From a virus (Duplodnaviria; Heunggongvirae; Uroviricota; Caudoviricetes): DNA of 64,000 nt. A program made the translations under genes and the position numbers. The stretch lies in IMG/VR virus record IMGVR_UViG_3300037524_001291; one strand, written 5' to 3'. The notes below the pieces were generated by a model, which saw nothing but the letters and a program-made list of their open reading frames with translations, searched no databases and was not told where the DNA came from. This document shows, in pieces, positions 56,373-64,000 of the stretch (position 1 is its first letter; every line of letters begins with the position of its first letter).

Positions 56373-57587
56373 TTAACTATTTCTAAATTTATCGACAACT
56401 ACAACACGCTCCCCATCATCACTAAAACTAGTGTAAGCTTTATCAGCTCCAATATACTTACTTAAAACTTCCACAAATCTTGATATATCTAATACTTCTT
56501 GTTTTTCATCCTCTACAAAAGATATCTCACCATCTAGATGGTCTAAACATGTTACAGCAAGACTTACATTATAAGGTAATCCCTTAGCTTTTTCTAAATC
56601 TCTAGCTATCATTTTTTTAAAGTAATTTATATCTAATAAAGCATACCTTAATTTACCTTGAAATTCATTATATACATTGGTTAAATCTACTATCTTTGAA
56701 TAAGGTTTAATGTCCAACTCATAAGGGAGTGGTCCAGCACCATGACGAGTAAGATAAGGTCTTGTTACATATACAATTTCTATATCCCCATCTAAATAAT
56801 TACGTTCTTTTATAAGTTCCACTACATTCGATATACCTGTATTGGAGTGTGTTACATGAGGAAAGTTCTCATGATTTTGATCTAAGAGTAGACCTTGAGC
56901 CCCTTCAAAAATGATATGATTATAATCATCCAAACAACTTGAATCTACTGTTAGGGATATCTTTTTCAATTCTTCTATATCCAAAAGAAACCTACGTATT
57001 ACTCCATCATCTTCTAGAAGTTTAGTAGCCCATTCAGGTATTTCTTTTATTCCAAAATCTTTGATTTTATAAGTCATATGTTTATCTTTTATAAGTCTCA
57101 TTTTTTTCTCTAAACTTACCGTATCATATATATCATTTACTTCTATTTTATAATCGTCAATATGACTTCTTACTATTGTTTCATGTATACCGAAACCACA
57201 GCTACCATGTCTTTTATCACCTCTATCAAATTCTTTTATTTGATTGAGTATAATATCATAAGGTGTAGTTATCAAACAGTTCTTATCAACTAATAGAGAT
57301 ATATTAGGGGTTATTTTTACTAAGTCACTATACTCTTTTAAAACTCTTCTAGGATTTACAATAAAGTATTTTCCTAAGTAAGTTGGTAATCCTCTAAGAG
57401 TACCACAACCAAAACTACCAAAAACATGTCTATGACCTTTAGAAGTTACTACAGTGTGCCCTGCTTGACATCCACCATTAAATCTAACTACAATACCACC
57501 TTTTGCATTACGGGAAAGGTATTCAGTTACTAATCCTTTTCCCTCATCTCCCAAATTACTACCAATTACAACCTTAATATTTTTCAT
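56373..57587 (-). CDS. purA: Adenylosuccinate synthetase (divergent PurA-like)
   Basis: GDEGKG, RFNGGCQAGHT, FEGAQGLLLD, TRHGAGP. Confidence 0.9.
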   Translation of the reverse strand: MKNIKVVIGSNLGDEGKGLVTEYLSRNAKGGIVVRFNGGCQAGHTVVTSKGHRHVFGSFGCGTLRGLPTYLGKYFIVNPRRVLKEYSDLVKITPNISLLVDKNCLITTPYDIILNQIKEFDRGDKRHGSCGFGIHETIVRSHIDDYKIEVNDIYDTVSLEKKMRLIKDKHMTYKIKDFGIKEIPEWATKLLEDDGVIRRFLLDIEELKKISLTVDSSCLDDYNHIIFEGAQGLLLDQNHENFPHVTHSNTGISNVVELIKERNYLDGDIEIVYVTRPYLTRHGAGPLPYELDIKPYSKIVDLTNVYNEFQGKLRYALLDINYFKKMIARDLEKAKGLPYNVSLAVTCLDHLDGEISFVEDEKQEVLDISRFVEVLSKYIGADKAYTSFSDDGERVVVVDKFRNS

Positions 57588-57628
57588 AAAATTCCTCCCC
57601 TTAAGCATTAATACAAGAACCACTAAAC

Positions 57629-58066
57629 TTATGGATTAATAGGGTCTAGTTCATCAAAGAACCCTAGCCAATATTCTATTCTTTTATTCTCTTTATCTTG
57701 TGCCTTCAAAGCCTTTTCCGATACATAATTTACGGTATCATCCATAATAGTATCTACAATTTTTTGAGATATAGGGTATATAGTGTATACCTCACCCTCA
57801 GTAGAAGTAGCACAAGGTGCACAAGGTACTTTTAATTCTTTCATGGCTTTCTTGAAGTCTAAATTAGTAAAAGAGAATCCTAGAATCTCTTCAAAATAGT
57901 AATGAAAAGCATTACTATTGTGTTTTTTATTATATGAACCTGTAAAGTCTTTAGGGTCTAGATATTTAGTTATACATTTTTTAAGTCTAAACATCTTTTC
58001 CGAATCTATCTCTGGTATCTTACCCTCATCAGTTCCAATTTCAAAATCTATTGACATATCACACAT
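57629..58066 (-). CDS. Hypothetical protein
   Basis: ORF with GAGGAG RBS. Confidence 0.7.
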   Translation of the reverse strand: MCDMSIDFEIGTDEGKIPEIDSEKMFRLKKCITKYLDPKDFTGSYNKKHNSNAFHYYFEEILGFSFTNLDFKKAMKELKVPCAPCATSTEGEVYTIYPISQKIVDTIMDDTVNYVSEKALKAQDKENKRIEYWLGFFDELDPINP

Positions 58067-58129
58067 CTCCTCATCATATATTTTTAGGGTATGTTTCCAT
58101 ACCCTAAGCCCATTCCCTAAGTTTTAATC

Positions 58130-58318
58130 CTATTCCTCTGTTTTCTCTTCAACTTCTGGTGTTACTTCTGGTGTTACTTCTGGGATTACTTCTGGCATTA
58201 CTTCTGAGATTACTTCTGGTGTTACTTCTGGTGTTACTTCTGGCATTACTTCTGGTGTTACTTCTGGCATTACTTCTGGTGTTACTTCTGGTGTTACTTC
58301 TGCATTACCTTGTCCCAT
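58130..58318 (-). CDS. Low-complexity (EVTP)n micro-protein
   Basis: About 12 copies of a 12-bp unit; RBS AAGGGAG. Confidence 0.6.
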   Translation of the reverse strand: MGQGNAEVTPEVTPEVMPEVTPEVMPEVTPEVTPEVISEVMPEVIPEVTPEVTPEVEEKTEE

Positions 58319-58351
58319 GATAAATTCTCCCTTCTTAAAGTATTTTTTATA

Positions 58352-59293
58352 TTATTCAAAAGACACTACACTACCAGTGGTATTATCCACAGATGTTAGA
58401 GAATCTAGTGCTTTTGATACAACCAAACTGGTAGAACCATCCCAACTTTTAATAATACTCTCTTTCTCTACTCCAGCACACATTTGTAATATAGAGGTTA
58501 TAACTTCTCCCATTTTAGTATGGTCGGATAAGAGTATAGCTTTTTGACCTAATAAATCTCTCCAAGCTTTTATAACACTTTCAGCACAACACCCACTCAT
58601 ATGACTTCCCTCTTCAACAATCAAATGGTAAACATCATATTGTCTTGAAGCTAGGGTTAAAAGCTCCTTAGCAGTGTATCTATCTTGTTGAGGTTTGTAT
58701 CCTAAAACTTTCTCTATATCAGTACTTTTTAGATAGGGTGTTGGTTCTTCATCTCCTATAGTAAATAAGAATCCTTTCTTATTTCTCTTTTCAAAGCAGT
58801 CAATCCTAGTATGCATCCCAGCAAAGAGCCAAGCTAAAGCATAACTCTCATAACTATTACCACCACCACCACCTTCTAAATAGAGTTTAGTAAGTTGTTC
58901 AGCAATACGAATATCAGCTTCAAATTGAGTAATCTGTAAGGGTGATTTATCTCCAGCTTCTACATCACCAATACCCATGAACATGATATGAGGGTCTTTT
59001 ATAGGTTTTCTTGTATAAATCTCTGTAGCTAAGTTTGATAATCCTTGTCTTGCCATTGCTTCAAGAACCCTACTCATAGAGCCTGTAACATCTAACCCAA
59101 TAATAATAGCATTAGATTCTGGATTATCAGTAGAATCACAAGACTCTCTGATAGTAACTCCTTTAGGGTCTAGTTCATTTACTATAGCTTTTGAAGTATA
59201 AATATCCCCTACTGTAGCCTTACTTGATACATATGTTGTTGAATATGATTCCCAATCTTTTGGTGTCCATCTTCCCGAACCAATAACAATCAC
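58352..59293 (-). CDS. von Willebrand A (VWA) domain protein
   Basis: MIDAS LDVTGSM, GGGGNSYESY, FTIGDE. Confidence 0.88.
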   Translation of the reverse strand: MIVIGSGRWTPKDWESYSTTYVSSKATVGDIYTSKAIVNELDPKGVTIRESCDSTDNPESNAIIIGLDVTGSMSRVLEAMARQGLSNLATEIYTRKPIKDPHIMFMGIGDVEAGDKSPLQITQFEADIRIAEQLTKLYLEGGGGGNSYESYALAWLFAGMHTRIDCFEKRNKKGFLFTIGDEEPTPYLKSTDIEKVLGYKPQQDRYTAKELLTLASRQYDVYHLIVEEGSHMSGCCAESVIKAWRDLLGQKAILLSDHTKMGEVITSILQMCAGVEKESIIKSWDGSTSLVVSKALDSLTSVDNTTGSVVSFE

Positions 59294-59508
59294 TCTCCTT
59301 TTTTTGATAATTTTTCTAATTCTTTTTTAGCTAATTCTGATAGCATATAACCAGCTTCTTCACAGAAGTCATGTTGAACAAATAAACAAATACAAAAACC
59401 ATCTTTCTTATTAATACCAGTCCCCTTACAAAATTTGCAGTCTTCTTTAGGGTTATATTTTAACTTTATTTTTGGATGTTTTTTCTTTTTTTCTTCTAAT
59501 AGGCTCAT
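59290..59508 (-). CDS. Small zinc-finger protein
   Basis: CKFCKGTG...CIC...C. Confidence 0.7.
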   Translation of the reverse strand: MSLLEEKKKKHPKIKLKYNPKEDCKFCKGTGINKKDGFCICLFVQHDFCEEAGYMLSELAKKELEKLSKKGE

Positions 59509-59573
59509 AAATACCTCACTAAAAATTCATACCTCTAAAAACATATACGTAAAAACTCTAAATTTAATTTCTT

Positions 59574-60611
59574 TTAGGGTAATTTCCCTATACTTTTATA
59601 AAAATCTTCTATATCAAAAGACATAGATGTGAATTCTCTCTTACCAAAACTCTCTGTTAGAACCTTCTGCCAATTCTCATATTCTACCCTAGCTTTACCA
59701 TATGATACTCCTCTTAACCACTCACATAAGGGTTTTGGTATATTTCTATCTTCTATAAGTCTTGTCCCTGTTCTATCTCCTAAGAGTTCTCTTCCTATCA
59801 ATCTAATAGACTCTAAGTCAGTTTCAATACTCCCAAACTTACTATTTTTTATTTTGGGAGGCATAATAGAATAAATCTTCTCACTTACACTAATCATTTT
59901 CTCTTTTTGAGGTACAGTGTACCACCATCCACCTACAAGTAGACCAGAGTGATATTTAGGAGAGACAGTATATGTATCTAAGGATATACCATTATGAGAT
60001 AGTTTAGCATAGTCCAAGTAACATGATATGTTGTAGAGTGAGCTTAATATCCATGCTACATGTTTAGGAGATAATTTTCCATTATAAAACTCTAAGATAT
60101 CTTTGAGAAGAAAGAGGTCTAAAGATTTTGATAGTATTATTACTAGGGTTCCTTTCTTACTCTCAAAAGTTTCAAGTATAGTAGGAAGGTATTTTTCCAT
60201 CTCATTTTTCATTTTATCATTAGAATAAGTTAAATTTTTTATTCTGTTGATACCGTTCTCATACAATCTTTTATACTTCTCATCAAGCTCATAAGTAATA
60301 GAGTGGGTACTAATATAAATTTTCCCTAATTCAAACTCATGATAGTTTCTAACTTTTAATGAGTAGATTTTACCAAACTTAGAAGTAAACTTAATTTGAC
60401 CTTTAAGTACCCAAGTATTAGTTTCAAGCATATGAATACCCTCAGTATATAAAGCATTAACTTTGGCTATGATATTATTTGATTCTTCTGAATTTAAATT
60501 TAGATCAGGATGCCACTGTTTACAGTAGACTCTATACTCTTCTTTTATATTATTTTCTGTGAAAATATCTGACGGTAAAACAGCATTAAGTATTTCTGTA
60601 GCACTTTTCAT
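59574..60611 (-). CDS. J-domain plus degenerate protein-kinase-like protein
   Basis: WHPD J motif; HVAWILSSL..LSHNGI..GLLVGGWWY kinase-like C-lobe. Confidence 0.8.
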   Translation of the reverse strand: MKSATEILNAVLPSDIFTENNIKEEYRVYCKQWHPDLNLNSEESNNIIAKVNALYTEGIHMLETNTWVLKGQIKFTSKFGKIYSLKVRNYHEFELGKIYISTHSITYELDEKYKRLYENGINRIKNLTYSNDKMKNEMEKYLPTILETFESKKGTLVIILSKSLDLFLLKDILEFYNGKLSPKHVAWILSSLYNISCYLDYAKLSHNGISLDTYTVSPKYHSGLLVGGWWYTVPQKEKMISVSEKIYSIMPPKIKNSKFGSIETDLESIRLIGRELLGDRTGTRLIEDRNIPKPLCEWLRGVSYGKARVEYENWQKVLTESFGKREFTSMSFDIEDFYKSIGKLP

Positions 60612-60731
60612 CTATTTTCCTTCTCTCATTTAAAATACTCTCAAAAAATATAGATTAGTAGAGTAAATACTTTACTAATCTATACTTAAATTATAACATG
60701 GCATACTAAATATTATACACTAAAACCTAAA

Positions 60732-62348
60732 TTATTCAAATAATACCGATAAAGAATCTCTAGCAAACTCCCAAGCTCTTCTTTCATCTGAGAAAACTCC
60801 GTCAACACCACCAGTAAAATTCTTTTTCTCTACATCTAGTGTAATAGCAGTGTTTCCAGTACCACTAGCAGTAGCTGTAAAAGTTTTTCCTACGATACCA
60901 TTAATAGCTTCAGCTACTAGGGTAGCAGTGTTTAGAGAACTTCCGTCACCTTCTCTAAGGTCTTCTGAATTTACGACACTATCAAATCCAGTTCCACCAC
61001 CATGAAAAGCCATATTTAAAGTAGCATCACTTACTCTAGGTGTTTTATCTGTTAGGGTTAATGTATCTGTTAGTGCTGATACATCATACTCACCAGTGAT
61101 ATCTGTATCAGCTAAGAGTAGAGTCTCAAAAGCAGTAGCTACATCTGAAGTTGTAGTAGTAGAGCTTAGAACAACTTCGTAAGTAACAGGGGAAGTTGTG
61201 ATATGAGCTCCTGTTACTGTTAGAGTTATAGTTCCAGCATGAGAGTATGTACCTAAAAATGTGATACTTTCTGTTTGTTCTGTTCCAGCAAAAGGTGTTA
61301 CCCCTGTTCTTAGGTCTTCAGAGGAAGTTACATCATCAAAACCTGAAGTACCAGCGTCAAAAGCGATATTAAGAGTAGCATCACTATCTCTTTCGGTTTT
61401 ATCTGTTAGGGTTAATGTGTTAGTTAGTTTAGTTACATCATAAGCAGTAGTAACATCAATATCAATAGAAATTTGAGCGTACAGAGAATCTATTAAATCT
61501 GAGGTTGTAACTGATCCACTAAGTACTACATCATAAGTTTTAGGAGAAGTTAATAAATGTGTTCCTACTACAGTAAAAGTAACTGTATCGTCTCCTGAGT
61601 AAGTTCCAGTAAGAGTAATTTTTTCTTGTTGAGTAACACCTATAATAGGGTCTGCTCCAGAAGTACCATTATCTGAGTTTGGTATATTTGTAAATCCAGT
61701 GGGAGTGATACCATCAAAAGAGATATTAAGGGTAGCATCATTAGTTCTTTCTGTTTTATCTTCTAGGGTTAGGGTATTATTTAATTTAGTTACTATGTAT
61801 TCATCTGTAACATCCGTATCAACAGAAATTTGGCTATAAAAATCGTTTATGATATCAGAAGTTGTAACTGATCCACTGATAACTACATCATAAGTTTTAG
61901 GTGCATCTGTGATATGTTCCCCATCTACAGTAAAAGTTACTGTACCGTCCCCTGTATAAGTACCAGTGATAGTAATTCTTTCTTGTTGAGCTATTTTATT
62001 ATCAATAGTACTTAGAGTTACCAATATATCTTCATCTGTTAGGGTGGCTGATAGAGGTACTTCTCCCTCTTCATGGGTAACCTCAATTGTAAAATTATTT
62101 GCAAATTCTCCCTCTACATCAGATTCAATGGTTACAACACCATTCTCTCCAGAACCTATAGTAGTTGAGGCTTTTACAGGTGCTGTGTAAGAGGGTTCTT
62201 CTTTTTTAGCTACTTTATAAAGTAGACATGCACTAGATTCATCCCCAGCTTTAGCTCTAAGAATAAGGTCATCAATATATTGAACAGTAGGAATAGGAGA
62301 TGAGTGTATTGCTCCAAAGAGTTGAGAACATTTTTTGAATGAGAACAT
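60732..62348 (-). CDS. Thr/Asp-rich beta-repeat protein, probable virion structural (sheath-like domains)
   Basis: Three ~100-aa repeats starting QQE.IT.TGTY; ends FTGGVDG. Confidence 0.6.
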   Translation of the reverse strand: MFSFKKCSQLFGAIHSSPIPTVQYIDDLILRAKAGDESSACLLYKVAKKEEPSYTAPVKASTTIGSGENGVVTIESDVEGEFANNFTIEVTHEEGEVPLSATLTDEDILVTLSTIDNKIAQQERITITGTYTGDGTVTFTVDGEHITDAPKTYDVVISGSVTTSDIINDFYSQISVDTDVTDEYIVTKLNNTLTLEDKTERTNDATLNISFDGITPTGFTNIPNSDNGTSGADPIIGVTQQEKITLTGTYSGDDTVTFTVVGTHLLTSPKTYDVVLSGSVTTSDLIDSLYAQISIDIDVTTAYDVTKLTNTLTLTDKTERDSDATLNIAFDAGTSGFDDVTSSEDLRTGVTPFAGTEQTESITFLGTYSHAGTITLTVTGAHITTSPVTYEVVLSSTTTTSDVATAFETLLLADTDITGEYDVSALTDTLTLTDKTPRVSDATLNMAFHGGGTGFDSVVNSEDLREGDGSSLNTATLVAEAINGIVGKTFTATASGTGNTAITLDVEKKNFTGGVDGVFSDERRAWEFARDSLSVLFE

Positions 62349-62774
62349 ATAAAATTCCTCCTTTAAAATTAATTAAGTACTAATACTCTTATATATATCT
62401 CACTTAAAATTATTACAAAAAAATAAACCTTAAAATAGGTTTATTTATATTATAATCTATTTAACTTTTCTCATAGATAAGTATCTCTATTCCTAGCTAC
62501 ATACTCTGACTCTTCTTTACTTACCTTCCACCCCTTAGAAACTGAATTATCATAAGACCATATCCTAATATTTTTAAGTATACAAAAATGAAAAACACAA
62601 TAAAGAAATACCCAATGAAACCCCCTTACAAAATACAAGCCAAAACTACTTACCCCTAAAATCTCTCCTATAAAATCCCCTAAAGCAAAAACTAAAATAT
62701 CTACTAATCCTAATATCCCTGACTCATCTTGCATATTAATATCTGGCATTATTTTACCTCCCAATCTTAATATA

Positions 62775-63149
62775 CTACTCAACCTCAACATAATCAAAAC
62801 ATAAGGCTAGAACATCGTCATAACTTTTAGAAGAAGTTGCTAAGTTACAAAACTCCTCAGCTCTTTTATAAAGTCCTTCACGCTTTAGGGTTCTCATTAC
62901 CTTACCAATAATATTAAAAACATTTCCATCCTCTCCAACTAATTTACAAACAGGTTTTATTATTCCTAACATCATTTTATCCGTCTCACCTATAGCATCT
63001 ATCTGTTCTTCTGTGAGATAATCGCCTTCAAAATCAAGACACCCATCAGAACCAAACATATGAAATTTTTCAGAATCAATTGTACCCTTAATGTGAATTA
63101 CATCTCCAGAAACATACCTCTCAGTAATAACTACTTTAAAATCTGACAT
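62775..63149 (-). CDS. Phage hypothetical protein with C-terminal GEDGN.F.I.G domain
   Basis: ATG after AGAGGGGTG. Confidence 0.75.
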   Translation of the reverse strand: MSDFKVVITERYVSGDVIHIKGTIDSEKFHMFGSDGCLDFEGDYLTEEQIDAIGETDKMMLGIIKPVCKLVGEDGNVFNIIGKVMRTLKREGLYKRAEEFCNLATSSKSYDDVLALCFDYVEVE

Positions 63150-63217
63150 AATAGAACACCCCTCTCTCAATTAACTTACCAATAATGTTAAAAACATTTC
63201 CATCCTCTCCAACTAAT

Positions 63218-63430
63218 TTACAAAGAGGTTTTATTCCTAACCTTTCTAAGATAATTGTTATCCTTTTCTATTATGGCATCTATTTGTTTATCTGAAAAAG
63301 AATCACCTATAAACTCCACACCCCATCCAGAATCATATATATGAAACTTTTCACCATCAATTTTACCTTCAATATGAAGTGCATTCTCAGTAGTAAATCT
63401 CTTAGTAATAACTACTTTAAAATCTGACAT
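63218..63430 (-). pseudogene. Truncated paralog of 62775-63149
   Basis: Same MSDFKVVIT start and RBS; the following DNA (63171-63230) matches 62904-62950 out of frame. Confidence 0.6.
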
Positions 63431-63482
63431 AATAAAACACCCCTCTCTCAATTAACTTACCCAATATTACCCCTACTATTTA

Positions 63483-63511
63483 ATTATATCATAGCTACAC
63501 TATTTTGTCAA
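63483..63511 (-). promoter_or_regulatory. sigmaA-type promoter, extended -10
   Basis: TTGACA-17 nt-TATAAT with TG extension. Confidence 0.8.
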
Positions 63512-63678
63512 GTTTTATGTACATCAAAAGTAAGATAAGAGGTTGGCTATAGGTACAGATGAAATAAAGAAAAAATACTATGGACTTGTATCCATAGTAT
63601 TTTTTCTTATTAAAGGAGTAGTTAAATACAAACAATATAATTCCAAGAATCTAATTCTACAACTTTACCAAATGAAAA

Positions 63679-63951
63679 TCAATCATCTTCACAGCCACAA
63701 TCTGTATTGAGATTATAATTATAATTACCAGCTACTTGATGGTTGTGTACATTTAGGGATTCTTCTTGTTCATCACATAAAGGTATTATTTCTTCAGTAT
63801 TATAGAGGTTTAGGTGTTTTACTTCATCCACCATTTCAATAGGTTCAAGCATATCTCTAAGTATTATAGGTTTTCCATTAATTTCTCCTTTAAACTCATA
63901 AACTATTTGCCCTCTAAGTCCTTCTGGTATTTCAAATTCATATAAATACAC
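63679..63951 (-). CDS. Hypothetical acidic protein (may extend beyond the window)
   Basis: ORF track. Confidence 0.55.
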   Translation of the reverse strand: MYLYEFEIPEGLRGQIVYEFKGEINGKPIILRDMLEPIEMVDEVKHLNLYNTEEIIPLCDEQEESLNVHNHQVAGNYNYNLNTDCGCEDD

Positions 63952-64000
63952 ACCAGCACTTATTCTATGTGAAGAATTTATAGGTGTTTCTTCTAGTACA

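Noticed and set aside
56373-57587. PurZ / Z-genome (2-aminoadenine) system
   Set aside because: The GDEGKG motif keeps the PurA Asp (PurZ has Ser), and adenine methyltransferases are present.
60128-60140. Internal target for the 5007 guide (TTGAT+AGTATTA in the J-kinase gene)
   Set aside because: Only 7 guide nucleotides match, which is plausible by chance in AT-rich DNA and probably too short for cleavage.
62471-62797. ORF 62471-62797 as a confident gene
   Set aside because: No recognisable motif, uncertain start and overlap with the neighbour; a shorter membrane peptide is possible but unsupported.
1381-62891. Telomere-like TTAGGG repeats
   Set aside because: The motif is dispersed, not tandem; it is treated as a polar binding or priming motif instead.
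1-64000. Stop-codon reassignment (code 15 or 4)
   Set aside because: Long recognisable genes are intact and densely packed under code 11; the in-frame TAG before the sigma factor is an isolated case.

Overview
An AT-rich, gene-dense 64-kb segment with almost every gene on the minus strand. It is most consistent with a large (jumbo-type) phage of a spore-forming Clostridia-like host: sigmaA-type TTGACA/TATAAT promoters, GGAGG ribosome-binding sites, SLH S-layer proteins, SpoVT/AbrB regulators and a sporulation-type sigma factor. This is an inference, because no capsid or terminase gene lies in the window. Recognisable cargo: ThyX, thymidine kinase, dUTPase, MazG-like and NUDIX-like hydrolases, PurA, a TOPRIM primase core, a RecD/Dda-like helicase, three DNA methyltransferases, a MazF/PemK fusion, a thermonuclease, a 3D-domain protein and an intact IS200/IS605 element (tnpA+tnpB). 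The most unusual part is a tRNA-mimic RNA island at about 3.2-5.5 kb, which the ORF track does not show. It holds three tRNA bodies wrapped in a shared Y-RNA-like bulged stem, two circularly permuted tRNA-like modules directly downstream of a conserved protein, an anticodon-less mini-tRNA, and TnpB omegaRNA-only remnants. Other notable signals: eight hexapeptide-repeat beta-helix paralogs, six of which share an 18-aa C-terminal tag with one unrelated protein; a strongly strand-biased TAGGGT hexamer; an extein-less intein; genes that appear to start at near-cognate codons (GTA, ATC, CTG); a PurA-VWA-J-domain/kinase cluster; and ~260-bp origin-like repeats. All alignments, folds and counts were done by eye and no database searches were run.
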